From: a virus
IMG/VR virus record: IMGVR_UViG_3300047368_000324
Coordinates: 12,616-76,615 of that record
Direction: 5' to 3' (one strand)
Length of the DNA stretch: 64,000 nucleotides
A model generated the notes under the pieces. It had not been told where the DNA came from. It worked only from the letters and a program-made list of their open reading frames with translations, and did no database searches. Positions 27,801 to 35,949 of this stretch are shown one piece after another (position 1 is the stretch's first letter; every line of letters begins with the position of its first letter). A program made the translations under genes and the position numbers.

Positions 27801-30409
27801 AGGATGTTTCTGGTTCAGAAAATTGGTTTGGTTATGATAGGGAGGGTTACATAGGGCTTCAAACTGGCCAGGCTTCGAGAATGAATAAATTTATTCATGG
27901 TCTCGCCCCAGGAGTAACCTATAGGCTTTATATATCTGCCGCCTGGAGACCCAACTATGGCCCTTCTGGCGTAAGGGTTTATGTTTGCGAGCCTGACCAA
28001 TCTCAATCAGATGCAGGAGATTTAACCAATGAATTAATTGGTTATGGAGAATTTACTTGTAACACCGCAAGGTCTATAGATTATAATGCACAAAATCATC
28101 ATGGAGGAAGAGGCGTTCAAACTAATTTTACGCTAGAAGAACCTTATTCCGCTAATCTTAGAAGCGGGGCATCTAATGTTCCAAATGGAGAACGAGAAGA
28201 TTACGGAAGCATCAAGAATCATGTTGGTAGTGATGGTTTTCGTTTATTCTATGTTGAGTTTACTCCGTCTCTAGGCTCTGGGGTTATAGAGGTGAGGCTT
28301 GAGAACGCTTTTGTTAGCGGTCTTTATGCTGGTGTTGGTAGGTCAGATTTGGGTAATTATGATTATACATGGTTCGCTCCAACTCAAGGCGATATGTTTG
28401 ATGTCAGTCAACCCTGGTTTGAGTCAGAGAGAAAAAACTGGACAGAATACTCGGGAGTTTGGGCAAGCAATGGAATAGCTGGTAGCAGTGGAGATCAGAC
28501 GGTTTTTATTGGAGATGTTTTTATTAAAAGCATTAGGCCTTTATATGTTGAAACCGTGAAAGTAAAGGGAGACTGTAAGCAGGGCGGCTTCGAGCTTGTA
28601 TTAAAAAACGGCGACACGCAAAATTCAACTCTAGAAAGGGCATACCTAAGGAGTCCCACTTCTCATGCGGACATATTCAGGAAAATGTCTGCAACAAATT
28701 ATGCTGGAGATAGTGTTGACCTGTTTTCAACAGAAGAAGGTACTCTTGGTTGGTTTGAGGTTGATGAAGATTACGAAATAGATATTATTCGACAAAATCC
28801 TTACTTATTGACGTGGGATCCTTTTGCGGTTGATGCAGAAAATTATTCTGCTCGTGGATCGAATCAAGGCTATATTGCTCAAAAATTCGTTCCTGACGTA
28901 TTTGGTAATGCTGAACATGGCGCTTATGATTTGGACATGGTTGTAAATGATGAAGCTGTTGAGGCTTTATATGAGATCATGCTAGGAAGAGCGGCAGACG
29001 AAGCTGGCAAGACTGCGAAAATTAATAATCAAATGACTGTGAATGAAGTCATAGAGGAGATGCTGGCTAGCTCAGAGTACGCAGATTATAAAGCAATTAG
29101 AAACCTGCCTGACGACCCTAGACCAGGCATGTCAAAAGAAAGAGCGTTTTATTCAAATTTGATGTCAGGATTTTACCTTGGGCATACGTGTTTCTATCAT
29201 GGAAATATATGGCAGCTTAAACAAGAATACAGAACTTACGGCAATGACGGAACAAAGCCCTTGAGACCTGGATACGAGAATTATTTAGGAAATGCTCAAT
29301 GGAACTGGACTACAGAATTTGATGACATTGCACCAAGCTCTACAAAATGGGAAAACATTAGTAATAAAACCTCTAGCCAAATTATTAGCGACGCTGCAAG
29401 TGGAACAGGAGCCTATCATAATAGTTCATTAAGCGAGATAAAGGTTTGGAATAATGATGTTTTTGTAGAGAATCTAGTTGCCGGTTTACGAAGAATATCT
29501 TCGGTCGGTATGATGTGGAGCGCGCATTATTTAGATTCTTTTTTTAGAAGACCTTTTATACAAGAAAATTTAGAAACCCAAGAATTTGATTACTTGGAGG
29601 ACTTAGGCGCAATTAATAATAAGGAAAATACCCTATTGCTTGGAGAAAGCAGAACGCTTTCTGATGCAAGCTTTCGCTTCGGAGACTCATTGTCCATTAG
29701 TAATAGTAATAATTATTGGACTGAACCATCCAAACCAACTAATGGAACTACTAATTGGAAGGCGGTTTATCCACGAATTATGTCATCGATTGAGCGGGAG
29801 ATTGCGCCTCCCCAAATGGGTTGGTATGGAGCGAGCACGCAAGCAATTTCAGGCGCTAATGCGGGAGATGCAGAATTTGCTTTGTGGGCAGGGGGTTTTG
29901 GGGGTATAGATGGAAGGAAGTTAGCTTGGTCTGTAGGTCCAGAATACCCTGTTGCCAAGGTTTATGAATATCAGGGCGCAAGTAATCCAAGCGGATGGTC
30001 TACGTTGCATGATAATCAAGAGATATTGCTCGATCCTTTAGCGTCGAATTTTGATCCCGTTAGTCCAGCTTTAAATAATTCTCAATTTAAAAGAATGATC
30101 GGCAACTCAAAGTTTTCTAAAGCTTACGCTTTTGGGGTTGGCAACTCTGTCGAGCTTAGCTCTAGGGGCGCTTCCAGAGACTCAAGGATTGAACTACCAA
30201 TTTACGCTGATACAAGTTCTGAGTTTATTGGAGATAATTACTACGGAGGATCAAATCCAATACCTCATAGAGGTCTCGCTGGCAGAGTCCTTAATGCGGG
30301 ATTTTTGAATGATTATGCCACGTATAATAGCAGCACTGACCAATATAAATATTCTTCAGCATCGCTTAGTAAGGCTTTTGAAGGAAGGATTAGAATAAAT
30401 TTTATATAA
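18869..30409 (+). CDS. giant (3846 aa) virion tail or adhesion protein
   Basis: G/S/N/T-rich; CBM5/12-like W...Y..GD.V motifs; Gly-rich hydrophobic segment; DUF4214-like motif. Confidence 0.65.
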   Translation: MGSSGYQINELEGGYSPTISEKGIDIYGGPRGSLAGTLPTWIAWWVANYRYTPGHIVYMPGVYNADGSNGTYYDTNGMSSRREEIAYSQDIQAVNLQEGGDLVGGDMGRAGSEYSTGSNKRQYFEYGAHTLWVKLFGEPDNSSTNDSSLLTDQDFFNVTKRRRNGWYCFYELMSEVDPQGSGQLEIAFPQGNSVNNNTWNNTKKRYSIVVGNKETLKVVYGSWGEDLFRQISCEPGSTTEIKVKHDETVLNMCDSFILFAAVVAANTGGDLDLINFVVCKSVLRSSGTIEQNLETSPVEVAILPSDKVSIGGNVLRSPQEVPVRDMVDPSFNGSSDFFQDENGQDETATMVSAGYPGVLNPESIFRAAQKSSDFDGTITRIAQGNTAASEVIMNDADLDDDHLYLDKLKFGKVPAYDPRFGEASSSLNSFISSVYNFSLPMSTSSSIDFWQSGQFYKVGKAVRFSPNQSEYSKSEANRTIKDVIWVSRKDHASTSSNKPPMGAGSGMPSDFENECWRSYGVLANQPNSSLLQLNDVYRDSEVFVGGLIINKSPDEILSISGEMVDRALLGSERRIRMSEMTGGSRLYASLTISPAKKFKVKYYRKRNSWGRRSSVTFRFPPAVEDAAAADLWLYANNFRRDHAGSINFAVTFVTHTSFVWAQAKKRRSSFFGILLGVALAVVGILNPALFLTAGMQCAAYGFGGGLALGALGGAVGLGVGTALGASAEAVYANLGKGVGRKKAFTRSSFSQVISKIANDAPSANYVLDRGSAPENGMVIGRNSSDVSSMYDTNLGGSNANVQSENDIIRFNFGNLYPYLYESKYGNTIHVSGQYQFLIQDLNSASAIKIAFNYEEISRRGGRGAVDSFGNTFSGYPAGTPEGSHAGANSTLWSQYRNAANEIVNGNASSTGNLKLISTKNYFNYLLIGPENIRDDLDPLKALVMWSMDLSDAQFSALVGMIQTGFRDLTFNSSGSFSDQDGLSDYKEIYTSNPPIAAAENVAATGYQLEISNNTITHVKEDKTNGRRVKILKSVGESQGMSREDMEVLAKGLAPGEFLLGKDLENSTPQYINFLKSSALSGAKEWTSINNGVKINGGDVIQNGQDFYFVNATFIKNNQNLSDVATLVPRSSSQIYTADSFSPSLTLVKQWQKMLESPYYTEQTNDRSASYYLAGRKLDFSFVVKESADPSLFNLFFFGFSDYIPNFASANMDTYEIDSVAQLPMIKDSKDLTGDYIGNGSTQFVRDDATYTTKHVFRLKDNIPRTAELPVGAIPGFKSELSWEYLGSPSDLTPSVISEWTLPVLKETVSEFTPGQDVIATNKLRPLGFWKSEAGTKLSGSSINGIIEQQEFSLTVNFPWIKMTSAPSDSTAQYVTTQNKDGSTVYLLSPYSKVSGQTSGINLAAFIPSNINDTWKGLMNNTILSSSQTNYILDAYLTNKLDILRTFEVQGFEVSHIQIVISPITDLIDKIEVWDPTANYSEGDVVLVHHTNYNYLSEETGKMQAAQSEFGKLWLYARATRTITNGEKPFHNDNPEPSAAPGSMGELGEVILPVDTKYWECCTAREGSTVDSITSGLGAKKLAKSCYGTDLDVKTYTVSMGEADTFTQPGRSQKTTEIYIPQQRGIYNKNVSMDFSSPKNLIFTTTISPEAKIVGRLPSSAVAYTNEGGTWPGTLNQKDTQYLEPSDYANLYEENPLINLFLRRSVNAGARWSNWIDGIMTSGQDAEIYKKITYSQGDEYQKFETMPTVELAVSKDSGSTFEEFVAKREFDENYPVFHKGFDIPVGIKATISNALGINDSPSNSVGSNLYGYISCLYNPGTEVVGGASGLINFIGEGTGSENVKLKNWSGTDIGNSTAADFYETIATDDESGLLQYGPQTISDELTLHSLNGINRTNYTPAFKIFLPETSSSRNPLDLCVQKCVLILGTRDSNDGLTHNRTKIKNFVSGSGIDFHFDNWFAIPAGQNSYVDQSGNTWPATDQIDKFGEEDNEFIKIKSNLNTLTEALYALSDVVGASTTHNNNFIDLSTTQTHYHGSANPFTNFDEVGVGYLTNILRGAGEFIGAKANASFNNSGTYIGGVGLTQTTVTSTEFMSISQPAFEDKGVHGKPEGSYNMYMYNDSNYTFQIDTAIPALLYKKYTNINDSNDVVNKNYYDLLLDDNCPGGGDSKADFTEDYVFNAEIKLLKNYLMVGEISHYDSNFQEADGYKGRVFLTRSELGDPVNNDTVTIKIDDGINCPHGANLKTLNLSYKLIDPPNLSSIANNINGKLYYYDNDTHVYSFGVSFPVASEFGGRLVIQDGIGPDLTFESQSGPPAINYTRPDSQATSVTFTIDDGVPHGFGVARTGAAYHNLIYPGGFNPVQSFPVVTIADVAIEGSLGVSGDGYIANKVVGVFPDMTIVQINKQYIYNNSDHEYKGLYISMPAFNIADTTDRGLFVSRSSISNRGISRTLELGYPVFGFGPMHAKAVLHEKMFPPDDSGTATLSIQDGTLLGSTKSEGTFEIPYQRLDKAFGTITGIRTSSTFKLWSSSPLINSGNIDLEGLVTCWEHAKVTIETSTSEAIEIQDDLIQESAGFTNFRWNFTDYDLSQSINSQADLIDGLYVTILDRSRGSTEGVDTWETFNYTVAEAIDLFFESGEYQYNYNTAKKDLPTDPLTRKRFSVQIKAKQGSPEKLVVDDQLLKDGGWTHSANISLGSIGDSAEAPIYTNLTQSFKYPEESNNVVVNRMGGQFNIADGDRRYTSVNSALMYSSYATLRSMIINYNPDSTGKIYYTKFINDSPNRVPYSGFRSKIKYDPSRPGMNEPNIWMDRSSFVKSGIDVDEYTTSASSNGAIDLCPNSITTFIWGSKAKWLTHEDENPETDSSPSEFDGDNFVVWNSESYYGSQDWEVIGRSNKGGSDKSYFHLPSWIPTFTANQDWFQTNRIPGWSLTTPHLSFINNYENFQSYGASGATNFCNIIKNGTAVWGGLSLSDAWIKREDVSGSENWFGYDREGYIGLQTGQASRMNKFIHGLAPGVTYRLYISAAWRPNYGPSGVRVYVCEPDQSQSDAGDLTNELIGYGEFTCNTARSIDYNAQNHHGGRGVQTNFTLEEPYSANLRSGASNVPNGEREDYGSIKNHVGSDGFRLFYVEFTPSLGSGVIEVRLENAFVSGLYAGVGRSDLGNYDYTWFAPTQGDMFDVSQPWFESERKNWTEYSGVWASNGIAGSSGDQTVFIGDVFIKSIRPLYVETVKVKGDCKQGGFELVLKNGDTQNSTLERAYLRSPTSHADIFRKMSATNYAGDSVDLFSTEEGTLGWFEVDEDYEIDIIRQNPYLLTWDPFAVDAENYSARGSNQGYIAQKFVPDVFGNAEHGAYDLDMVVNDEAVEALYEIMLGRAADEAGKTAKINNQMTVNEVIEEMLASSEYADYKAIRNLPDDPRPGMSKERAFYSNLMSGFYLGHTCFYHGNIWQLKQEYRTYGNDGTKPLRPGYENYLGNAQWNWTTEFDDIAPSSTKWENISNKTSSQIISDAASGTGAYHNSSLSEIKVWNNDVFVENLVAGLRRISSVGMMWSAHYLDSFFRRPFIQENLETQEFDYLEDLGAINNKENTLLLGESRTLSDASFRFGDSLSISNSNNYWTEPSKPTNGTTNWKAVYPRIMSSIEREIAPPQMGWYGASTQAISGANAGDAEFALWAGGFGGIDGRKLAWSVGPEYPVAKVYEYQGASNPSGWSTLHDNQEILLDPLASNFDPVSPALNNSQFKRMIGNSKFSKAYAFGVGNSVELSSRGASRDSRIELPIYADTSSEFIGDNYYGGSNPIPHRGLAGRVLNAGFLNDYATYNSSTDQYKYSSASLSKAFEGRIRINFI

Positions 30410-30443
30410 TTTATAAATACAGAATTCTTGCATATTATAATAT

Positions 30444-31241
30444 ATGGATCATATGCTAGAAGGCTTACTTAGAAATAATGTAGTTGAGATGCAGTATTTT
30501 AGATTAGGTTTTTTTCCTACTCGCGCTCTTTTAACTTTAAACCCAAGCTTTACAAAAGAAAAAGGAGCCTTAAATGAAGTTGAAATTGAAGCTTTTGTTT
30601 CTGCCTACGATATATTAAGAAAAAGAATTGTCACATTAAACAATCAAGAAGAAGTTCTTTCAACTAACGTCTTTAACCCTGACGCAATTTCACCTATGCA
30701 GCTGTATGCTAAAGATTTTTGCGCAAATAAAAAAATGGTTGATGATGCAATCTCTGACTTCCAGAGTAAAAGACTTACTAATATATCTAGCGTCGGAGAT
30801 GTTTTTAAATTAAGTTTGAAAAGCAAAATGGTTTTGGTTGATTTATTTATGGCTACGGGCAATTCAATTAAAAATCCTGATGTAATTAATCAGCATCTTG
30901 AAGATATATATTACGCAGACCCAACAATTCGGGGAATGACTCAAATTAGGTACGGCTTCTTTTTCGCAATGGATTATGAATGGGAAGACGACAAGCAGGC
31001 TTTGGCTTTTGCGGCAAAAAAATGGCTTTCATTGATTGATGTATATCGAGAACTTTTTACTCAATCATGTTCGGAGCGGACGAGAAAAAATATAGAAAAT
31101 ATTAAATACCCAGAAATTGATCAATTTGATACTTATGAAAAAATAATAGACTATTGGCCATACGCTATATCTCCTAGACCTCCAGAGGTGCTTGAGTCAG
31201 ACTTAGTTGCGGTTTATGAAACTGCGGAATCTAATGATTGA
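30444..31241 (+). CDS. hypothetical protein
   Basis: 265-aa ORF. Confidence 0.7.
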   Translation: MDHMLEGLLRNNVVEMQYFRLGFFPTRALLTLNPSFTKEKGALNEVEIEAFVSAYDILRKRIVTLNNQEEVLSTNVFNPDAISPMQLYAKDFCANKKMVDDAISDFQSKRLTNISSVGDVFKLSLKSKMVLVDLFMATGNSIKNPDVINQHLEDIYYADPTIRGMTQIRYGFFFAMDYEWEDDKQALAFAAKKWLSLIDVYRELFTQSCSERTRKNIENIKYPEIDQFDTYEKIIDYWPYAISPRPPEVLESDLVAVYETAESND

Positions 31242-32257
31242 GCCAAGCTTCTGTATCCTTCGCTTGTATATCTCTGTGCGCCAAGATAGTATTTATTAAA
31301 ATTCTCTTCATTTAGAGATTCATTTAGGGCAACAGTATTTTCGTGAAAATAAAACATGCTGTCTTCTTTGTTTTTTGGAGCTTTTGTCCTAAAAAGACTC
31401 GTAAGTGGAAATACTTTAAATAAATTATCCAAGTCGAATTTGTCGCTAAAAATAGAGGATTCTTTAAAAAAATCTTCTTCAATAAACTGATCGGCGTGAT
31501 AGCGATAAATAGTGTTTGGTATTTTTGAGAAAAATAAACTTTTAATTTTTTTTATGTCTTTAGTTCTTAACGCTTCAGTTAGAAGCTTTGGGTAATATTC
31601 TTCATTTTGTAAATTTTCATTTGATACTGCAATTTGTACAACAAATAAATTATCTATCTTACCTAATGACTTTCTTATCTCACTCTTTAAAAGATCAAGG
31701 TTAAAGAATGGCTTCACCTTACCCATCTCTTTTAACTCTTCTGTTTGACCTGGGGAGTCAATCCAGTTTATTATGTCATACATATTTACGCATTTTGAAA
31801 TCGGCCCAAAGAGTCCAGGTTGAAATATTTTATTCCAGAAGTTTTTTTTAAGCGCAGCAAGTTCGGTGCGGCTATCGATTACAACCGCGTCATATTTATT
31901 TAGATTAATAACTTCTGATAAAGCATTAATTGTAAAAATGTTTGGGCACGCAAAATAACGCTGTTCATAAGGCTCTATACCACTGCATAATTCTTCGAAG
32001 AAAATTTTAGTGTCGGCATTGTTTATTAATTTTGCTCTTGAGTCGAAATACGTTAAGTCTGACGGTTGTATTTTGGGGAAAGAATTTACTAGAAAATCTA
32101 CTTCGTGACCCATGTCGCATAGGTAATGTGATAGATTTTTTTTAAAAAAATCATTTCGTAGATATGTCCTCGACCTAATAAATTTTGAAATATTCCATAT
32201 TGGCACTTGGTCGAATATTCCCGCAGAACAATTTGTTAGATAGAGAATTTTTGACAT
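31214..32257 (-). CDS. hypothetical protein
   Basis: 347-aa ORF. Confidence 0.7.
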   Translation of the reverse strand: MSKILYLTNCSAGIFDQVPIWNISKFIRSRTYLRNDFFKKNLSHYLCDMGHEVDFLVNSFPKIQPSDLTYFDSRAKLINNADTKIFFEELCSGIEPYEQRYFACPNIFTINALSEVINLNKYDAVVIDSRTELAALKKNFWNKIFQPGLFGPISKCVNMYDIINWIDSPGQTEELKEMGKVKPFFNLDLLKSEIRKSLGKIDNLFVVQIAVSNENLQNEEYYPKLLTEALRTKDIKKIKSLFFSKIPNTIYRYHADQFIEEDFFKESSIFSDKFDLDNLFKVFPLTSLFRTKAPKNKEDSMFYFHENTVALNESLNEENFNKYYLGAQRYTSEGYRSLAQSLDSAVS

Positions 32258-32451
32258 TATTTTTTCTTAGATTTTATTCTTTTAATTTCTTTATCAAGTA
32301 TTTTTTCTACGCTTTCTGGATTACCTTCCAGCATAACTTCTGCTGGAGTTTTCCCGTCTAGTAGTGTGTTTTCAGCCTTAAGCCAAGAGGTTGATTCGTA
32401 GCCGTTTAAGTTTTTGCTGAGGGATTGTAATATTTTTTTTGCGTTTTTCAT
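32257..32451 (-). CDS. MbcA/ParS/Xre antitoxin C-terminal (DUF2384-like) domain protein
   Basis: WLKAENTLLDGKTPAEVM matches WL..PN..L.G.TP..L. Confidence 0.65.
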   Translation of the reverse strand: MKNAKKILQSLSKNLNGYESTSWLKAENTLLDGKTPAEVMLEGNPESVEKILDKEIKRIKSKKK

Positions 32452-32498
32452 ATAATATATATACACTTATTGTAAATCTGTGTATTATATACTCGTAC

Positions 32499-33227
32499 AT
32501 GACGAGGAAAAAATCCACCTTAAAAGAGGATTCCTTAAAGATTCCGCAATTGGAACAATCAATTCACATTGCATCTTTAAGACTTACTGAAAAGCAGAAG
32601 AAATTTCTTTCGATAGCATTTCAAGAAGACACGAAAATTATGTTTGTCGCAGGGCCAGCAGGTTCCACGAAAACATATATGGCAGTTTATTCTGCCTTGA
32701 GGTTATTAAGCGCATTCAATGAGTTAGATTTGCTTTATGTAAGGACTGTTATAGAGAGTGCTGAAAAAGGCTTGGGAGCTCTTCCTGGAGATATAGGTGA
32801 AAAATTTAATCCATACATGGCACCTTTAGAGGATAAGCTCTATGAAATGCTTCCAAAAAATGATACTTCAAAGAGGGACTTGTTGGAAACGGGGCGAATT
32901 TCTGCTATGCCTATTAACTACCTTCGCGGTTCTAGCTGGAAAAATAAGATTGTCGTCGCCGACGAAGCTCAAAATTTTACATATAAAGAATTAACTACCC
33001 TTATCACACGAATAGGAGATAACTGCAAATTGTTTATTTGTGGAGATTTTATGCAGAGCGATATAAATGGCAAAAGCGGTTTCGCGCCAATGTTTGATTT
33101 ATTCAATGACGAAGAAAGTGTATCTAAGGGTATACATTCATTTAAATTTGGCAAGGAGGATATATTACGCAGTGAAATACTTAAATTCATTATTAAAAAA
33201 CTCGATAGCAAAACGAATACTGGCTGA
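32499..33227 (+). CDS. phoH: PhoH-family ATPase
   Basis: GPAGSTKT, LGALPG, YLRG, DEAQN and GDFMQSD. Confidence 0.92.
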   Translation: MTRKKSTLKEDSLKIPQLEQSIHIASLRLTEKQKKFLSIAFQEDTKIMFVAGPAGSTKTYMAVYSALRLLSAFNELDLLYVRTVIESAEKGLGALPGDIGEKFNPYMAPLEDKLYEMLPKNDTSKRDLLETGRISAMPINYLRGSSWKNKIVVADEAQNFTYKELTTLITRIGDNCKLFICGDFMQSDINGKSGFAPMFDLFNDEESVSKGIHSFKFGKEDILRSEILKFIIKKLDSKTNTG

Positions 33228-34101
33228 GGCTTTCAAAAGAAAGCTCTTGACGGTGCCAGTGCAGCCTATTGATGATAGGGACTGGAAGATGCCTGACATG
33301 AATATAAAAGGCACGATCGCTTTAGAAAACTTTTCTCAAAGAGGGAGGACGCTACCTGTAAAAAACCAGGGCCGTATTGGGTCTTGCGTTGGACAAAGTG
33401 GTAGGGTCGTATATGGTTTTTGTAAAGAATTTGATAATACCGAGCCCAGTGTAATGCATATATATAAAACGGGACAAAAATTTGACCCATGGCCTGGCGA
33501 ATCTTATTCTGGCACAACAATTAGAGGCGCAGCAATTGGCCTAAAGAAGCATGGCTGTTGCGAGGAAAGGTATTGGCCGTATACTGGAAAAGAAAACGCC
33601 CCAATGAAGTATGGCGCCGAAGAAGATGCTGCGAGCAAAAAAATTGAGGGCTTCTATGTTATTGACAAAAATGACGCAAATTTAATAAAATCAACTTTAT
33701 TAAAAGAACCCTTATGGACTTCTATAATAGTTCATGAAGAGTTGTATTATACTAGTTCTTCAGGCGTGATAGATGACGAAAAATATCTAGAGTCTAAGAA
33801 ATCTGGAGGGCACGCCATTGCCATGATTGGCTGGAAAACAATTAAGGGTAGACTATATTGGGAATTCCAAAACAGTTGGGGAAAATGGTTCGGGGATGAT
33901 GGATACTTTTATCTATCTGATGATTTGTACAAAAAAATAATCATCAATGCAAATGGACCGTTTTATATAAAAGCGCATTCTGAAAATAGAAAATTTCAAC
34001 CGCCTCCTCCGAAAAAAGAAGGTTTTAGAAAATTTATTATTAAGTTCTTTGAGGGCTTAATAGATCTGGTTATAAATATGTTAAAAAAGAAAGGAAAATA
34101 A
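33172..34101 (+). CDS. papain-family (C1) cysteine peptidase; start uncertain
   Basis: NQGRIGSCVG (Q, C), GGHA (H) and QNSWGKWFGDDGYF (N). Confidence 0.85.
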   Translation: MKYLNSLLKNSIAKRILAEAFKRKLLTVPVQPIDDRDWKMPDMNIKGTIALENFSQRGRTLPVKNQGRIGSCVGQSGRVVYGFCKEFDNTEPSVMHIYKTGQKFDPWPGESYSGTTIRGAAIGLKKHGCCEERYWPYTGKENAPMKYGAEEDAASKKIEGFYVIDKNDANLIKSTLLKEPLWTSIIVHEELYYTSSSGVIDDEKYLESKKSGGHAIAMIGWKTIKGRLYWEFQNSWGKWFGDDGYFYLSDDLYKKIIINANGPFYIKAHSENRKFQPPPPKKEGFRKFIIKFFEGLIDLVINMLKKKGK

Positions 34102-34102
34102 A

Positions 34103-34288
34103 ATGGAAAAACAATTCTGGAAAAGTAAAAAATTCTGGGCTTCAGTTGCTGCTGTTTTCATCCCACTATCTAACCATTTTTTTGGTTGGAATATGGATCA
34201 TAACGCAGTCGTTACCATGATGGCTCCTATGATTGCTTATGTTTTTGGACAAGGCATGGCCGACATGGGAAAAAACTCTAAAAAATAA
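34103..34288 (+). CDS. putative 2-TM holin
   Basis: 61 aa, KSKKFW start, two hydrophobic helices. Confidence 0.55.
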   Translation: MEKQFWKSKKFWASVAAVFIPLSNHFFGWNMDHNAVVTMMAPMIAYVFGQGMADMGKNSKK

Positions 34289-34722
34289 TGGGCCCTATTT
34301 TAAATACAATCCTTGGCGCTGGGATAAAAATAGGCGCCAACTTAATATCCGCTTGGTTAGAGCAAAAGCGGCAAGATCAACTTGCACTAGCTGCGAGAGA
34401 TAAAGATACCTTGGACGCTTTAATAGCTAGCCAGCAAGCTCAAGCTTCGGATCCTTTTGTGAAGGTGACTAGAAGAATTTTATTCATGTCAATTACTTTC
34501 ACTCTTTGCTATCTGATGTTATACTATGCACATAATCCAACTATCAGTTATGATATGATTGTTCCATATGGCGATAATGCTAGATGGGGTATTTTTTCTT
34601 GGTTTTTCGGAGGAAAAGATTTTCATGTGGTTCAGCTTACTGGAGGCTTGATGCTTTCTTCTTTTATGGACTTGTGTTTTATGGTTGTGGGTTTCTATGC
34701 AATTCCTAGTAAGAGACGATGA
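34288..34722 (+). CDS. membrane protein, holin-like
   Basis: coiled N-terminus, two TM segments, GFY..R C-terminus. Confidence 0.45.
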   Translation: MGPILNTILGAGIKIGANLISAWLEQKRQDQLALAARDKDTLDALIASQQAQASDPFVKVTRRILFMSITFTLCYLMLYYAHNPTISYDMIVPYGDNARWGIFSWFFGGKDFHVVQLTGGLMLSSFMDLCFMVVGFYAIPSKRR

Positions 34723-34985
34723 GAAGGTTAATAATATTTTTGGTTTTATTTGTTTGTTCTTGTAGTCCTATATCTAAGTTTAAAAAAGATAACAATGTTA
34801 ATATAAAGTCTCATACATTTAAGCAATTAGATTTAGATGGAAATGGTACCGTTGATCCTTTGGAATTTTATAGCTCTATTGATAATATAAATTCTGTGAC
34901 ACCTGCATATGGATTGGGACTAATTTTATTGAGCGTTATTATTTGCGCGTTTGGATCTTCTTTGTTTTATAGATCAAGAAAATAA
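34719..34985 (+). CDS. lipoprotein with EF-hand and C-terminal TM (u-spanin-like topology)
   Basis: signal peptide with CSC lipobox, DLDGNGTVDPLE EF-hand, C-terminal TM. Confidence 0.5.
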   Translation: MRRLIIFLVLFVCSCSPISKFKKDNNVNIKSHTFKQLDLDGNGTVDPLEFYSSIDNINSVTPAYGLGLILLSVIICAFGSSLFYRSRK

Positions 34986-35000
34986 GGTGTAACAACAAAT

Positions 35001-35594
35001 ATGGAAAATATTGCTATAATAATTGCGTCTGTAGTTTCCGCAATCGGAGGTGTTGCGGCTGTATGGGCGAAGAATAAATTTGAGTATAATAAAAAAGAAT
35101 GCTTAAAGTCTATAACTGATTCAGGTGTAAATGTTTACAAAGCTTTAGATTATATACTAAGCGAAACTGGAGCGGCTAGAGCTTATATTTTTGAGTTTCA
35201 TAATGGAGAAAAATTTTTCTCTGGAAAGGGTCAGCAAAAATTTAGTTGCACTTACGAAAATGTTCGCGCAGGGGTTAGTTCTGAGTGCTTAAATTCTCAA
35301 AATCATAGAATATCAAATTATAATAAATATATCCACGGTTTAATATCCGAAGGAAAATATTTTAGTTTGGATACAAGTCAAATAAATGATTCAGCATTAT
35401 CTGCAATACTTCAAACTAAGGGAGTTCATTCTTTTTATAATGTTCCAATAAAAACTTTAAGTGGAAAGATAATAGGCATCCTGGGTATAGATTATATATG
35501 CCCTGTGGAAAAATTTAGTTTTGGAGCAGGTAATCTTGATCCAGAAGTTTTTATGAAAAGACAAGCTAGAATTATTAGTGGATATTTAGCTTAG
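35001..35594 (+). CDS. N-terminal TM plus GAF domain (T4 holin T-like)
   Basis: RAYIFEFHNG and NVPI....IIGILGIDY GAF-like motifs. Confidence 0.6.
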   Translation: MENIAIIIASVVSAIGGVAAVWAKNKFEYNKKECLKSITDSGVNVYKALDYILSETGAARAYIFEFHNGEKFFSGKGQQKFSCTYENVRAGVSSECLNSQNHRISNYNKYIHGLISEGKYFSLDTSQINDSALSAILQTKGVHSFYNVPIKTLSGKIIGILGIDYICPVEKFSFGAGNLDPEVFMKRQARIISGYLA

Positions 35595-35628
35595 TTGATT
35601 TTTCTAAGAATAATGCTTATTATTGTGT

Positions 35629-35949
35629 ATGTCTTTTACTTATTGTAAATCTTGTGGTCATAAAAATATATACTCTTTAACTGCTCCTAATTTTTGTAGC
35701 GGGTGCGGGGTAAGTTTAGGATCTACCTCAAAGGTAATGCCTACAAAAAAAGTTCGACGGCAAAAAAATCAACAAGACCCTGTTGATTTTGAAGACGGAG
35801 AAGATATAAATAGCGTGCCAGAAATTAGTAATTTTAAATTTTCTGTCTCTAATGATGGCTCCTATAAGAATAAAATAAAACTTGGAGAAATTATCCCTAA
35901 TATAGACCAGGTTGCTAAAGATCAACTGGGGAAAGATGAAGAAGGTTGA
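35629..35949 (+). CDS. zinc-ribbon protein
   Basis: CKSCG...FCSGCG. Confidence 0.7.
   Translation: MSFTYCKSCGHKNIYSLTAPNFCSGCGVSLGSTSKVMPTKKVRRQKNQQDPVDFEDGEDINSVPEISNFKFSVSNDGSYKNKIKLGEIIPNIDQVAKDQLGKDEEG

Noticed and set aside
18891-29958. Short overlapping or antisense ORFs inside the giant gene and other long genes
   Set aside because: They are shadow ORFs with no motifs or expression signals.
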